64,000 bases of DNA from a virus (IMGVR_UViG_3300048033_000857:1-64000), one strand, 5' to 3'; numbered from the stretch's first letter, positions 46,805-57,696 are shown. Notes: generated by a model not told the origin, from the letters alone. Program-made: numbers and translations.

Positions 46805-47026
46805 TTATCGATATTTGTCTGCTGGATTATCACACACTGTACTATCTGATTGTTCGCACAGTTTAAATGTAAGAGCTTTGCGTGGACCACGGGTTGTGTT
46901 TAGTGTGACTTCTCCACTCTTTTCATGAAACTCTATCTTAGTTATAGTTGCACGATCATTGTTAGGACCTACTAATATCTCTTGTCCTAGCTCTAGATTT
47001 AGATTGATAGTTCTCAGTGTTGCCAT
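46805..47026 (-). CDS. Small hypothetical protein
   Basis: AAGGAG RBS; minus-strand TAAATA near 47053. Confidence 0.68.
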   Translation of the reverse strand: MATLRTINLNLELGQEILVGPNNDRATITKIEFHEKSGEVTLNTTRGPRKALTFKLCEQSDSTVCDNPADKYR

Positions 47027-47071
47027 GGGAAGTCTCCTTGTTTACTACTAATATTTATTGACACATTCAGC

Positions 47072-47099
47072 TTGACAATCTAAATCTAGACACTATAAT
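47072..47099 (+). promoter_or_regulatory. sigma70 promoter
   Basis: TTGACA(47072-77)-16-TATAAT(47094-99); AAGGAG downstream. Confidence 0.75.
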
Positions 47100-47122
47100 A
47101 AGTAGTACAAAGGAGTGGATAT

Positions 47123-47404
47123 ATGTATGAATCGATCAATGATGTTGTAGAGGGCACAAGTGTTGCTTGTAAGTTTCGAGTGGAGACTATGTTGGATACC
47201 CTAGGTCGTCCGGCACCAAATCTTTCGGACACGCCCTTGGCAGGGGTTGGAGTCTATGAGAGCTTGGGCGTTATTATGCAGCGTGATCATGCTCAGGGTG
47301 TGGTCAAGCTAGAAGACACAGCAAGCAAACGTCAGTTTGTTGTGGAGTATGCCAACATATGGGACATCGATGACGTTGAGTGGCAGGACCCATTGGATGG
47401 CTAG
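47123..47404 (+). CDS. Hypothetical protein
   Basis: Promoter and RBS. Confidence 0.68.
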   Translation: MYESINDVVEGTSVACKFRVETMLDTLGRPAPNLSDTPLAGVGVYESLGVIMQRDHAQGVVKLEDTASKRQFVVEYANIWDIDDVEWQDPLDG

Positions 47405-48272
47405 ACGTGTTGAAATACACACTGATAGCTCTTGCGTAGAGTTTGAGTTGGCTGATACCTCAGCTGCAAACGCTTGGTTTGACTATGCACGTGATGTGGT
47501 TAGATACACCACCAACAGTTTTTATTGTACGCATGTGTGGAGAGAAGCAGCCACAAGTGCAGAGCAGACCAATTGGCAGCAGATCAAACGTTTGACACAG
47601 GAGCTAGACCATCACATTCAAACACTAGTACGTCACACAGGTCAAGACTATGCCAGTGTGAAGGCTGCAATTCGCAGTCTAGAGTCACAGCCCACACAAG
47701 CAGCCTGCAACACCATACACAGATTGTTTACCAGTGTGTGTCAATCAGGGCAATTAGCAGAGCACAACTCAGCTGACCTAGAACAGAGTGTACACGCTAT
47801 CAATGGTTGTGTACACGAGATAGAAGTCAGCTTTGGTCAACCCTTGCGTGAGCAATGGGATGGCAGAGTATTTCAAGTGTTGTTCACCGACGCACTCACA
47901 CGTGAAGGCGTGGACTTTAGTGTGTGGAACACCAGCCTTAGACATCAACAGTTTGATCATCGCACTCAAAACACTGACTATGATGTGTGGCTCAATGACG
48001 ACATATTGGGCAAAGATCTACCCAGATGTTTTCTTGATCAAGATGACCCTTGCGAATCAGACATCACAGGCAATCAGTTTCTAACACCCAGCCTTTATTT
48101 CGATCTAGATCGACACTATCATCGTATAGTAACAAGCCCAGAGTTTAACACATGGCTGGACGATACCAAGTGTGGCAAAACACTAGACAGATGGCCCTTG
48201 GGCACCATTACTAACATAACACAACTGCCTGAGGAATACACTCAGGTCTTGGAGTATAAATTTTATGACTGA
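47397..48272 (+). CDS. Hypothetical protein
   Basis: Likely start MARRVE; N.IHR.F, IN..VH.IE, ILGKD....F.DQD. Confidence 0.65.
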   Translation: MARRVEIHTDSSCVEFELADTSAANAWFDYARDVVRYTTNSFYCTHVWREAATSAEQTNWQQIKRLTQELDHHIQTLVRHTGQDYASVKAAIRSLESQPTQAACNTIHRLFTSVCQSGQLAEHNSADLEQSVHAINGCVHEIEVSFGQPLREQWDGRVFQVLFTDALTREGVDFSVWNTSLRHQQFDHRTQNTDYDVWLNDDILGKDLPRCFLDQDDPCESDITGNQFLTPSLYFDLDRHYHRIVTSPEFNTWLDDTKCGKTLDRWPLGTITNITQLPEEYTQVLEYKFYD

Positions 48273-49458
48273 CAAACGATGCCTTGCGCCTTGGATACAC
48301 CTACACACTTGGCCCAATGGCAGCACCTATCCCTGTTGTCTAACAGACATGCGAGACATAGTAGGCAACACCAACAACAACACTCTCAAAGAAATATTCA
48401 ACGACAAACCCATGCGTGATCTACGTTTGGATTTTATAGCAGGCAAAGAACCCAAGACCTGTAGTCGTTGTTTCGAACAAGAGCGTATGGGTCAAAGCAG
48501 CCTGCGCAATCATATCGATCGCAATTTTGGACAACACAAAGATCTTATCGCAACTACACTACAAGATGGAACAGTAGAAGACATGCGTCTAGTATACTGG
48601 GACTTTCGATTCTCTAACATCTGTAACATGAAGTGTCGCAGTTGTGGACCGCAGTTGAGTTCGGGTTGGTACGAAGATGAAAAGAAACTCAACGGACGTT
48701 TGCCTCCGGATGTACCAGATCGAACAATAGAGAGTAACCTATGGGAAGATCTACTACCACATTTTGATTGGGTAGAAGAAATTTACTTTGCAGGCGGTGA
48801 GCCTCTTATAATGGAGGAACACTATCGTATTCTAAACAGACTGTTAGAACTAGAAAAAACTGATGTGCGCATACGATATAACACTAACTTTTCAACCATG
48901 CGTTACAAAAAGCTAGATGCTATTGATGCTTGGAGTAACTTTAAAAATGTAGAAATTGGTGCTAGCCTAGACGGCATGGGCAAACAAGCTGAGTACATTC
49001 GTTCTGGTACTAAATGGCAGCAGGTACTAGACAATAGAGAACGTATGAAACTCAAAGTGCCGCATGCAAACTTCTACATCAATTGTACTGTGAGTGTGCA
49101 GAATGCATATCACATTGTAGATTTTTATAAATGGGCTGTTGAATCAGACTTTATTCCTTATGTTGATAGTTTTAGAATTAATATAGTTCAAAACCCTCTC
49201 AAATTAAGGATGCAGATGCTTCCTACTCATCATAAACAGGCTCTTACCAAACTGTATAAAGAAACAGCAGAATGGGCCAAGACCAAAGGCAGTAACGGAT
49301 TGGTAGTAGATCAGTGGGAAAGTTTGATTAATTTCTTAAATGATCAAGATCAGCCTGAAAACTTAGAGCAGTTTAAAACATACATGGGTGCTATAGATAA
49401 CATAAGGAATGAAAGTTTTGCTGAAACGTTTCCTGAAATGAGAGACCTAATTGAATGA
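48265..49458 (+). CDS. Radical SAM protein with N-terminal SPASM/twitch-like domain
   Basis: CLAPW..PCC; CNMKCRSC; FAGGEP; YNTN; ASLDG. Confidence 0.88.
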   Translation: MTDKRCLAPWIHLHTWPNGSTYPCCLTDMRDIVGNTNNNTLKEIFNDKPMRDLRLDFIAGKEPKTCSRCFEQERMGQSSLRNHIDRNFGQHKDLIATTLQDGTVEDMRLVYWDFRFSNICNMKCRSCGPQLSSGWYEDEKKLNGRLPPDVPDRTIESNLWEDLLPHFDWVEEIYFAGGEPLIMEEHYRILNRLLELEKTDVRIRYNTNFSTMRYKKLDAIDAWSNFKNVEIGASLDGMGKQAEYIRSGTKWQQVLDNRERMKLKVPHANFYINCTVSVQNAYHIVDFYKWAVESDFIPYVDSFRINIVQNPLKLRMQMLPTHHKQALTKLYKETAEWAKTKGSNGLVVDQWESLINFLNDQDQPENLEQFKTYMGAIDNIRNESFAETFPEMRDLIE

Positions 49459-50546
49459 GTAAGCCGTGCTTATTACCATTTATACATTTAGAAACTGACA
49501 CAGTAGGCAATGTTCGTCCTTGTTGTATGTGGCGCGGCGAACCAATGGGCAATCTAAACAATCAAAGTATCGACGAAGTATGGAATGGAGAGCGTTATTC
49601 AGCTCTTCGAGAACAGTTTCGCACAAGCAAACAATTGCCTAGTGGTTGTGAATTTTGTTGGCGTGCCGAACAAGGAGGCATGCAGAGCAAAAGACAAAAT
49701 GATAATGCTAGATTTGACCATCATCAGCACGGAGTTACGCTCGATGCTCCTGTTTATTTAGATCTTAAACTAGGATCAATATGCAACATTAAATGTCGTA
49801 CTTGTTCGTCACAGCATTCACAAAAATGGGCTGCTGATGAGAAAATAATATACGGCGAACAACGTTTCCCTACAGTTCTTAATTGGCTAGATGACGACAG
49901 TCAGTTTTGGAAAGACTTAGAAAAAATTGCTCCTACTATTGAGTTTATTGATTTTACTGGAGGAGAACCTTTTCTAGTAAAAGGCCACTGGCAACTATTA
50001 GAGTATCTTGTCGAGCACGGATACGCTGCTAATATTAAAATACATTACAACACAAACGGAACAGTACTACCCAAGCCAGAGCAACGCGACTTATGGTTGC
50101 ACTTTGAATGGGTAGAAACTATGTTTTCTTTTGATGGCATAGGCAGCAAGTTTGAGTATTTACGTCATCCTGCACGTTGGGATAAAGTCCTGCATACCTT
50201 TAACACAATACTTGATGAAGCTGTTACTCATACAACATTATGTTACACAGTTAGTTTAATGAATGTATTAGACATGAGAGAGTTTGCAGAGTGGGCCCCT
50301 GTTGATGTGTATTGGAATATGTTACACGGACCAGAGTATTATAGTATACGTAATCTACCAGAAAATGTAAAAGACATTATTGCTGATAAAATAGATAGAC
50401 AAGATGTAATAGATTACATGTACGCCGGCGAGCATAGTAAAGGTCTATGGGAAGATTTTGTAAAAACTACAAAACAAATTGATATAATACGTAACGAAAA
50501 CTTTAGTACAGTATTTCCAGAACTTTCTCAACTAATAAATATCTAA
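49455..50546 (+). CDS. Radical SAM protein with N-terminal SPASM/twitch-like domain (paralog)
   Basis: CLLPF..PCC; CNIKCRTC; FTGGEP; YNTNG; FSFDG. Confidence 0.88.
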   Translation: MSKPCLLPFIHLETDTVGNVRPCCMWRGEPMGNLNNQSIDEVWNGERYSALREQFRTSKQLPSGCEFCWRAEQGGMQSKRQNDNARFDHHQHGVTLDAPVYLDLKLGSICNIKCRTCSSQHSQKWAADEKIIYGEQRFPTVLNWLDDDSQFWKDLEKIAPTIEFIDFTGGEPFLVKGHWQLLEYLVEHGYAANIKIHYNTNGTVLPKPEQRDLWLHFEWVETMFSFDGIGSKFEYLRHPARWDKVLHTFNTILDEAVTHTTLCYTVSLMNVLDMREFAEWAPVDVYWNMLHGPEYYSIRNLPENVKDIIADKIDRQDVIDYMYAGEHSKGLWEDFVKTTKQIDIIRNENFSTVFPELSQLINI

Positions 50547-50605
50547 CGAGAGTAAATCTACACTAAATATATACAACGCACGTACAAATTTAAACAGGAG
50601 AGAAA

Positions 50606-52870
50606 ATGCCTCTATCAGTATCAGTTTACGGGTTCCAGACACAGCCCGGATTTCAAACAGCAGGGCGATGGGCAACTGCAAATGTTGCACAAGAAGACGG
50701 AGCCGATATTCTTGTGTATACTTGCCCAGGTGAGCTTATAGCAGAATATATGATTGTTGCTGTTAGTATAACAAACAGAGATGTAGTTGCAGCTAATAAC
50801 GTAAGTTTTGCAGTATCGTCAACAGAAAAACCACAACCTTATGAGTTTGTTGAATACAACTCTGCACTAGTTCCTGGAGGTACACTAGAAAGAACACAGA
50901 TTATTCTTTCACCAGGTGACAAAATTGTTGTACGTTGGGGTGTACAATATCCAGGCAATTCGATTACAAGTGACGACGGCAAAGCAATGCTTGTAAGCTC
51001 AAGCACTCCAGGTGATAATAACGAAAATGATCTACTCCAACTAGAAAGTAGAGGCGTAGCACCTACACAATCATTTGTACAGGGTGTATTTGATAGATCT
51101 ACTTGGGCATATGGAACTAAGTCTGGATATCGTTTTGATGCTAGTACTATTTCTAGTCTCACAGTAGAAGATCAAGTTGCTACTGTAGAGTTCCTTGATA
51201 TTAATTATGGAACCTCAACACCTTTACAAATATCAGAGTCGGTTGAAATTGGTACTATTGTAGGTGATACTACCGATGGCACAACACTAGACACTTCACA
51301 GCCTTTCTATCCTGTTACTGTTTCTAGCTTTGATGCAGACGAAGGTATTCCTGGCAATTTTAATCTAGTATTAAATGCAGCAAGTGACGGTAGACTGTTT
51401 GATCAAGCAGGCGGGCAATGGCCAGTTGGTTCTTTTGTTTATGGTCAAAGATCAGCAGCTAACGGAGAAATTACAGGAATTTCTGGAAGTACTTTAATTT
51501 TACAAAATGTTACAGATATATTTGAAGAAAATGAAACATTGTTTACAGTTGAGCCCGGTTCAATTGCTGGCCTATCATTTGCGCAAGGTTCTCCTTTATG
51601 GGTTAATCCTGAGGCAGGACAAGGCCCAGGCGGCGGTGGCGGAGCAGGTGACGGTTCAGGCAGTGGCGGCAATCCACAGTCCGGCGGCGATGTAGGACAC
51701 ACAGGCTCAGATGGTGACTATTTAGATTTAACAGCTAAGACAAATACAGCAGTGTTTGACTTTGAAGAAGATAGTGGTAACAGTGTTAGAGTCAGCGAAG
51801 AGTATTGGTATGATACTACAGATGGTACTGAAATACCGTTTACACCTGGCACAACATACACAATTAAATTTTTCTGGAGCGGTGGATCAAACAGCTTAGA
51901 AATTAATCGTGTGTACGAACGCACAGGACAGATTCAACTTACATCAGCAACAGGATTCCGTGGCAATCTAAACGGTAATGCTTGGAACATTGGTTTAGAT
52001 GATACAGACGGTACAGATTGGTATAACACTATTCAAAGTGCAAACGGCGGACGTTGGTTTGAGTTTTATGAAACTGCACCGTTAGGTGGCGGCGGTGGCG
52101 GCGGTGGCGGCGGTGGCAACCCTGCAACCTATGCTGTTACTCCGGCTGCAACTTCAGTGAATGAAGGCGAAGCACTTACAGTTGATGTCGCAGTTACTGG
52201 TGTTCCAGGCGGCACTACACTATACTGGAGTGTAACAAGACAAGCTGACTTTACTGAGTCCACAGGATCGTTTACAGTACAAAGCGGAGTAGGACAGTTC
52301 ACAGTTACACCTTTAGCAGATGCAACAACAGAAGGTGCAGAAACATTTACAGTTAGCATTAGAACTGACAGCGTTTCAGGTACAATAGTTGCTACAAGTG
52401 ATCCTATTACAATCAACGATGTTAGTTTAGATTCTCCAGCACCAGTTATAGGTCCGGACGGATCAAGTCTAGTAGATACTACAACAGGTACAACAGATCC
52501 AATACTTGATCCAAAAGTTAACGGAACTGTCAACGGACAAGAAATTGACGGCGACACCTACACAATACCAGGTTGGGGAGTACTTACACCTAACGGAGCA
52601 CAAGAAAACTTCACAGTTGGTGATAGCTATGTTATAGAATTCTTCTACAACGATGGAGCAAATAGTGTACAGTTAACAAGAACATTTGAGTTTGTTGGTT
52701 TAGAAGAAGACGGTGTTACAAGACACGGTGTTGAAGAAGTTACAACTAATGGATTCCGTTGTAACAAGCGTGGCGATACTTGGACTATTGGTGATGGAAC
52801 AAATACAGGCTGGATAACCACGCTACAGAATTCTACCGGAACACGTTGGTTTGAGATTAATCCAGCTTAA
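50606..52870 (+). CDS. Virion structural/adhesin-like protein with Calx-beta-like domain and an internal duplication
   Basis: Gly linkers; SVNEG...ADATTEGAETFTV; two copies of F..G..Y.I.FF...G.NS....R..E...GFR.N..G..W.IG..W..T.Q...G.RWFE; TAAATA upstream. Confidence 0.65.
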   Translation: MPLSVSVYGFQTQPGFQTAGRWATANVAQEDGADILVYTCPGELIAEYMIVAVSITNRDVVAANNVSFAVSSTEKPQPYEFVEYNSALVPGGTLERTQIILSPGDKIVVRWGVQYPGNSITSDDGKAMLVSSSTPGDNNENDLLQLESRGVAPTQSFVQGVFDRSTWAYGTKSGYRFDASTISSLTVEDQVATVEFLDINYGTSTPLQISESVEIGTIVGDTTDGTTLDTSQPFYPVTVSSFDADEGIPGNFNLVLNAASDGRLFDQAGGQWPVGSFVYGQRSAANGEITGISGSTLILQNVTDIFEENETLFTVEPGSIAGLSFAQGSPLWVNPEAGQGPGGGGGAGDGSGSGGNPQSGGDVGHTGSDGDYLDLTAKTNTAVFDFEEDSGNSVRVSEEYWYDTTDGTEIPFTPGTTYTIKFFWSGGSNSLEINRVYERTGQIQLTSATGFRGNLNGNAWNIGLDDTDGTDWYNTIQSANGGRWFEFYETAPLGGGGGGGGGGGNPATYAVTPAATSVNEGEALTVDVAVTGVPGGTTLYWSVTRQADFTESTGSFTVQSGVGQFTVTPLADATTEGAETFTVSIRTDSVSGTIVATSDPITINDVSLDSPAPVIGPDGSSLVDTTTGTTDPILDPKVNGTVNGQEIDGDTYTIPGWGVLTPNGAQENFTVGDSYVIEFFYNDGANSVQLTRTFEFVGLEEDGVTRHGVEEVTTNGFRCNKRGDTWTIGDGTNTGWITTLQNSTGTRWFEINPA

Positions 52871-52886
52871 TTAAGGTAAATACTGT

Positions 52887-53141
52887 ATGCGCATAGACGA
52901 AGTACTAACAGACGAAGAAGATTTAATTGATTGGAGAGCAAGCAAAGAGCTGTGCTTAGGCGACAAGCCTGACAAAGCAATCGGTGCCAGTGCTTTATCC
53001 AGTTGCAAAAGCCAAGGCTATAGAAAACGCAAAGGCAAAAAGAGTCATAAAGTAGGAAAACGTAGAGTTACAGTAGGCGGTAAGAAAATACGCGGCAAGA
53101 AGTATGGAGGCCCATTACCTGACTGGGGGACACGTAAATGA
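52887..53141 (+). CDS. Small basic late protein
   Basis: TAAATA 4 nt before ATG; MRIDEV N-terminus; Lys/Arg-rich. Confidence 0.7.
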   Translation: MRIDEVLTDEEDLIDWRASKELCLGDKPDKAIGASALSSCKSQGYRKRKGKKSHKVGKRRVTVGGKKIRGKKYGGPLPDWGTRK

Positions 53142-53527
53142 AAATATTCGAAGTAACAAACGAACAAGAACAAACACCTCAGAATGTAGCTGACCTAGCT
53201 ACACAACGTGATCAGCCAATGTCAGGGGAGACTAGAGACTTACCTATTCCTGTAGAGATTGCAGAACCTGCATTACGTTTAGCACCAAGTCTGAGACAGT
53301 TTGTTATATATGATTCCACACACGGAGTTGTAGGCATAAAAACAGTTAATGGCAACACAATTAGACAATTACAGCAAAGTTTAAACAGAGCAGGATACGA
53401 TTTACAAGTTGATGGTGTTGCAGGTAATAGTACAAGAGCAGCAATAATAGATATTTTTTACACAATAGCAGACGCACAGAATAACTTTGGAGTTGACCCG
53501 ACAATGCCTGCACCAGGGACGAATTAA
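53138..53527 (+). CDS. Peptidoglycan-binding domain protein
   Basis: IRQLQQSLNRAGYDLQVDGVAGNSTRAAI. Confidence 0.78.
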   Translation: MKIFEVTNEQEQTPQNVADLATQRDQPMSGETRDLPIPVEIAEPALRLAPSLRQFVIYDSTHGVVGIKTVNGNTIRQLQQSLNRAGYDLQVDGVAGNSTRAAIIDIFYTIADAQNNFGVDPTMPAPGTN

Positions 53528-54540
53528 TGAGATATACAGATTTTAAACTTGTAGAAACACATTTCAAAGAACAAGAGAATCCGTTTGGTGATATTGTAGA
53601 CGCAGCAAATGGCGGCAATTCAACAACTACACCAGCACCAGATGACGGCTCACGTGGTCAAAACAATCAAACATCACCAACTGATGACAGCAGCAGCGAT
53701 CAACAAGAAGAAACAGTTGGCTTAGAAGCAGGCCCCCCTTACCCACAAGAAGATAGAGATGCTGTTCGTACTATGCAAACTAAGTTAGAAGAGCTAGGTT
53801 ACTCAGTAGGTAGTACAGGCATTGATGGTAAGTATGGTCCTAGAACAAGTCGTGCAGTTAGAGCATTTAAACGAGATAATAACATTCCTACACCTAACGC
53901 AGGGCGTAGTATGAGTCAAGACGAGTTGACTACACTTTCGTCAGCAACCCCAGTTGACAACCCAACAGCTACAGGTAATGAAGGCGCAGACGGCGGCTCA
54001 GCTAGATACGATTTACCACCATTATTGCAGTCAGACGTGCAAGGTAGGGTAGGTAGTATATTAGACTTTATTTCACAATACGAAAGTCGAGGCCGTTATG
54101 ATATGCGCAACGGCGGAACAAGGGATCCTCGCATACTTGACATGACTATTGCAGAAATATTACAGTATCAACGATCTGCACCTTGGCCAAACGGCGAAAG
54201 TAGTGCTATTGGACGTTATCAATATATACCCACCACATTAAGAAATACTGCTAGACAAATGGGTCTAGATATTAATAATGTAAAATTTGACGAAGATACT
54301 CAAGATCAATTAGCAATTTATACTCTAAGACAAAGTTGTGGATTAGATCAATGGCTAAGAAGCGACGGCGGCGAGAGAGCAAACACACGTTTTATAAACG
54401 GAGTTGCACAAATATGGTCAGCTATTCCGCAGTCAAATAATCGCAGTGCGCATAGAGGAATTGGCAGCAATCGTAGAGGACTTGATTTCTCGCAAGCTCT
54501 TGCTATGGTAGGAGACATTCATCAAAGTGGAATGTCGTAA
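53527..54540 (+). CDS. Muramidase with peptidoglycan-binding domain
   Basis: VRTMQTKLEELGY...DGKYGPRTSRAVRAFK; YESRG.Y, SSAIGRYQYIPTTL, FDEDTQD, WSAIP. Confidence 0.82.
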   Translation: MRYTDFKLVETHFKEQENPFGDIVDAANGGNSTTTPAPDDGSRGQNNQTSPTDDSSSDQQEETVGLEAGPPYPQEDRDAVRTMQTKLEELGYSVGSTGIDGKYGPRTSRAVRAFKRDNNIPTPNAGRSMSQDELTTLSSATPVDNPTATGNEGADGGSARYDLPPLLQSDVQGRVGSILDFISQYESRGRYDMRNGGTRDPRILDMTIAEILQYQRSAPWPNGESSAIGRYQYIPTTLRNTARQMGLDINNVKFDEDTQDQLAIYTLRQSCGLDQWLRSDGGERANTRFINGVAQIWSAIPQSNNRSAHRGIGSNRRGLDFSQALAMVGDIHQSGMS

Positions 54541-54548
54541 GGAGTAGC

Positions 54549-55094
54549 ATGCTAGGAAAACTTTTAATTGCACACCCTAATCTTCCTGCAACAAATCCTT
54601 TTTACAAAAGTGTAATTTACATATTTGACGACGGTCCCGACGGAACACAAGGACTTATATTAAACAAACCTAGCGATTTTAGAATAACAGATTTTTTTAG
54701 ATCAAAAGGGTTTGAATTGCCAATAATTAAAGAAACAATGCGTTTCGGCGGCCCTGTTAAAACAAATATGGTTGTTATGTTACATTCTGATGGTTGGTAT
54801 TCTAGTTCGACATCATATACACGAAATGGAATATCATTAAGTTGCGATGATTTAATGCTACAAAAGATATGTATTGGTGACTTTCCTACTTATTATAGAA
54901 TGTTTATGGGTGTAAGTACTTGGCGCCCAGGACAGCTTGATGCCGAATTGCAAGGAATTCGACCTTATAAATCAGAAAATAGTTGGTTAATTGCAGAAGC
55001 AGACCCTAATATTATATTTGATTATGATAGCCAACGACAATGGGATAAAGCAGTTTCTAGAAGTAGTCAAGAAATGATAAACAACTACTTCTAA
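54549..55094 (+). CDS. YqgE/AlgH (UPF0301) family protein
   Basis: GKLLIA.P, F.KSVI, GLILNKP, GGPV, G.S.W.PGQL..E, NSWL. Confidence 0.88.
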   Translation: MLGKLLIAHPNLPATNPFYKSVIYIFDDGPDGTQGLILNKPSDFRITDFFRSKGFELPIIKETMRFGGPVKTNMVVMLHSDGWYSSSTSYTRNGISLSCDDLMLQKICIGDFPTYYRMFMGVSTWRPGQLDAELQGIRPYKSENSWLIAEADPNIIFDYDSQRQWDKAVSRSSQEMINNYF

Positions 55095-55119
55095 ATGTAT
55101 TATAAAAAGGAATGACTCT

Positions 55120-55464
55120 ATGAAATGGCTAGTAACAATTTCTATGTGTCTACTAGCTAGTATAGCAGTTGCACAAGAACAAACTCCAGAGATGTTAATG
55201 TTCCCCATGGGGATACCCTGCACACCGCCTGTTCCAGACCTATACGACAACTTTGAAAACAACATGGGCGAGCTGCCTATGTTGCGTGGCCGGGCTAAGG
55301 TAATGAGTGTTCGTGGAACAGAATACCCTGTAACAATGGAAATGTTTGTCAATCCCGACACAAGAGACTTTACTATTATTGTGCTGTTTGACGATGACGA
55401 AATGGCATGCATACTAACTGTTGGAAAAGAACTTATACCCTTTATACAAGGCGATCAGATATAA
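55120..55464 (+). CDS. Secreted hypothetical protein
   Basis: Signal peptide MKWLVTISMCLLASIAVA. Confidence 0.68.
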   Translation: MKWLVTISMCLLASIAVAQEQTPEMLMFPMGIPCTPPVPDLYDNFENNMGELPMLRGRAKVMSVRGTEYPVTMEMFVNPDTRDFTIIVLFDDDEMACILTVGKELIPFIQGDQI

Positions 55465-55513
55465 CATTGTAATGTAATCCTTTTTGTAAATATATGAAAT
55501 AGAGGATAATCAT

Positions 55514-56269
55514 TTGCGTACATTTTATTTAGGTATCGGCGCACAAAAAGCCGGTACTAGTTGGTTGTTTAATCAATTAAAAACAAATCCAAATTTTGTA
55601 TTTTGTGCAAAAGAAATGCACACATTTGATGTTGCTTGGCTTGGTTCTCCAATACCTAAAGACGTTCGGATCAATCCCTATCGTGATCAAAACAAAATTA
55701 AAAAATCTTTAATGAAATCTCCAAAACAATATTTTGATTTTTATGACGAACTTATGGTTAATGAAAATTCAGAAAGCGGCGATTTTACACCGGAGTATTG
55801 TAATTTAAAAGCATCACATTTAGATTATATTAAAAACGAATTTAAAAAACGAGGAATAAAATTAAAGGTAGTCTTTTTAATGCGTGAGCCAGTATCGAGA
55901 ATTGCTAGTATGATGAAAATGAGAAAGCGTAACAGTGGGAAATTTCCTGCAATAGAATCCTTAATAAAACAAAGACATGGAGATGCAATTTATTCTAACT
56001 ATAAACAAACAGTTACTGAAATTGATTGTACAATGGAAAAACAAGATGTGTTCTATGCATTTTATGAATTAATGTTCTTTCAAGAAGATCGAATAGCTAA
56101 ATTTTTTAATTTAGATGTTGACAAAATTAATGTAAATAAAAAATGGAATGCTTCGACAATACATGAAAGATTTAAATTTACTAAAAAAGAACGTAAGTTT
56201 TTAAAAGAACACTATGCTCCCCAATACGAATTTATTAGTCAAAGATTTGGCAGTGTATGGAAGAAATAA
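55514..56269 (+). CDS. Sulfotransferase family protein
   Basis: GIGAQKAGTSWL, KEMH.FD, GDFTPEY, MREPVSR..S. Confidence 0.82.
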   Translation: MRTFYLGIGAQKAGTSWLFNQLKTNPNFVFCAKEMHTFDVAWLGSPIPKDVRINPYRDQNKIKKSLMKSPKQYFDFYDELMVNENSESGDFTPEYCNLKASHLDYIKNEFKKRGIKLKVVFLMREPVSRIASMMKMRKRNSGKFPAIESLIKQRHGDAIYSNYKQTVTEIDCTMEKQDVFYAFYELMFFQEDRIAKFFNLDVDKINVNKKWNASTIHERFKFTKKERKFLKEHYAPQYEFISQRFGSVWKK

Positions 56270-56294
56270 ATATTATTATAGATAGGAAGATAAA

Positions 56295-56804
56295 GTGGCA
56301 GACACACTTGTATTAAATGCAGACGGACAACCTATTAGCCTACTACCGCCTTCTACGATACAGTGGAAAGAAGCAATTACATATCTATGGCTAGACAAAG
56401 TAAACGTACTCGAATGGTATGACGATTGGGTAGTGAGCAGTGCAAGTTGGGAAACAAGAGTACCAGCAGTAATCATGTTAAAAGAAATGTATCGGCGGCG
56501 ACGGCATCCAAGATTCTCTCGCTACAACCTACACCTCCGTGACATGTTTACCTGTCAATACTGTTCCATAAAACTCCCCCAATCACAACTAACACTAGAC
56601 CATGTACTACCTATCAGTCGTGGAGGTAAAACCAATTGGGAAAATATTGTAAGTGCATGTGGACCATGCAACAGCAGAAAGGGCAGCAAGTTAATTAAGC
56701 CTAAGCAATTACCTTACCGCCCTGATTATTATGATCTTGCTAACAAACGCAAGCAACTAGAGTTTACTATTAAACATCCTAGTTGGTCTAATTGGTTGTC
56801 TTAA
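56295..56804 (+). CDS. HNH endonuclease (McrA-like)
   Basis: LVLNAD, RD.FTCQYC, TLDHVLP.SRGG...WENIV.AC..CN..K. Confidence 0.9.
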   Translation: MADTLVLNADGQPISLLPPSTIQWKEAITYLWLDKVNVLEWYDDWVVSSASWETRVPAVIMLKEMYRRRRHPRFSRYNLHLRDMFTCQYCSIKLPQSQLTLDHVLPISRGGKTNWENIVSACGPCNSRKGSKLIKPKQLPYRPDYYDLANKRKQLEFTIKHPSWSNWLS

Positions 56805-57696
56805 TTGGTATGTTTGGATTTAACGTTTTTTCAGATTCAAATAATACATCTTTACTCACATTACCATAAAGAACACCTTTGATGTTACACTTGTTACAAG
56901 GATGACATCCACGTCCGTTAGAAAGTTTTTGTCTAAACTTCCATAGCTTTTGGCTTTTTAACCAAATATCTTGTACACTAGTCTTCATTACATTACCCAT
57001 AACTTGTTTCTTTTCCCAGTCATGTGAGCAAAGTAATACATCGCCGTCCCAGTGTAAACTCATTGCATAGAACGGAATGTTGCAACCTAGTGCAGGGAGT
57101 TTTTCATTAAACAAATATCCTGCTCTATTACTTAGATATAAGAATCCATAATTTTCCTCTGGTGGCTTATAATAATGTTGAAGTATAAAGTTATCTTCAG
57201 ATAATCCTACTCTAGCAAAGAGTTCTCTAAATTTATCTTCTTGCTCAGGGCCATCGTACATTGACACAAAGAATTTGTTTAGTCCAGCATCAATTAATTC
57301 AACAGTCTTGTCGTATGTAAGCCTATCACCATTAGTAACCATATGTATGTTTTCTTGCCAAGGCATATGTTTTTTAAATAATTTTATACTTTTGGTAAGA
57401 TCCTTGTACAACAAACTTTCTCCAAACCCACAATAGAGTAATCTATTTTGATAATGACTGTTAGCTAGATCACTTCCAACTTTATCTATTATCTTTAGAT
57501 CCATATGTAAGTTTAAGTTTGGATAACCGTGTGCTCTAGGACAGAATTCACAAGTTAAATTGCATAGTTCTGTAGCCATTACATCTATCAACATTAACGA
57601 GCTAAAAGGATCATCAGTAGTCATCCGATCTTCCATAGGATCGTACATTGATTCTCTGTCTTTAGCAATATAGTTTGTACTTTTCATCTCTGGCAT
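56788..57696 (-). CDS. Radical SAM/SPASM protein
   Basis: CNLTCEFC; GFGE; TNG; C-terminal C..PF...WDG.V.LC..D..C..C. Confidence 0.85.
   Translation of the reverse strand: MPEMKSTNYIAKDRESMYDPMEDRMTTDDPFSSLMLIDVMATELCNLTCEFCPRAHGYPNLNLHMDLKIIDKVGSDLANSHYQNRLLYCGFGESLLYKDLTKSIKLFKKHMPWQENIHMVTNGDRLTYDKTVELIDAGLNKFFVSMYDGPEQEDKFRELFARVGLSEDNFILQHYYKPPEENYGFLYLSNRAGYLFNEKLPALGCNIPFYAMSLHWDGDVLLCSHDWEKKQVMGNVMKTSVQDIWLKSQKLWKFRQKLSNGRGCHPCNKCNIKGVLYGNVSKDVLFESEKTLNPNIPIKTTN

Noticed and set aside
56295-56804. HNH gene as an intron-encoded or mobile homing element
   Set aside because: Free-standing McrA-like HNH; neighbouring genes are not interrupted and no intron structure is evident
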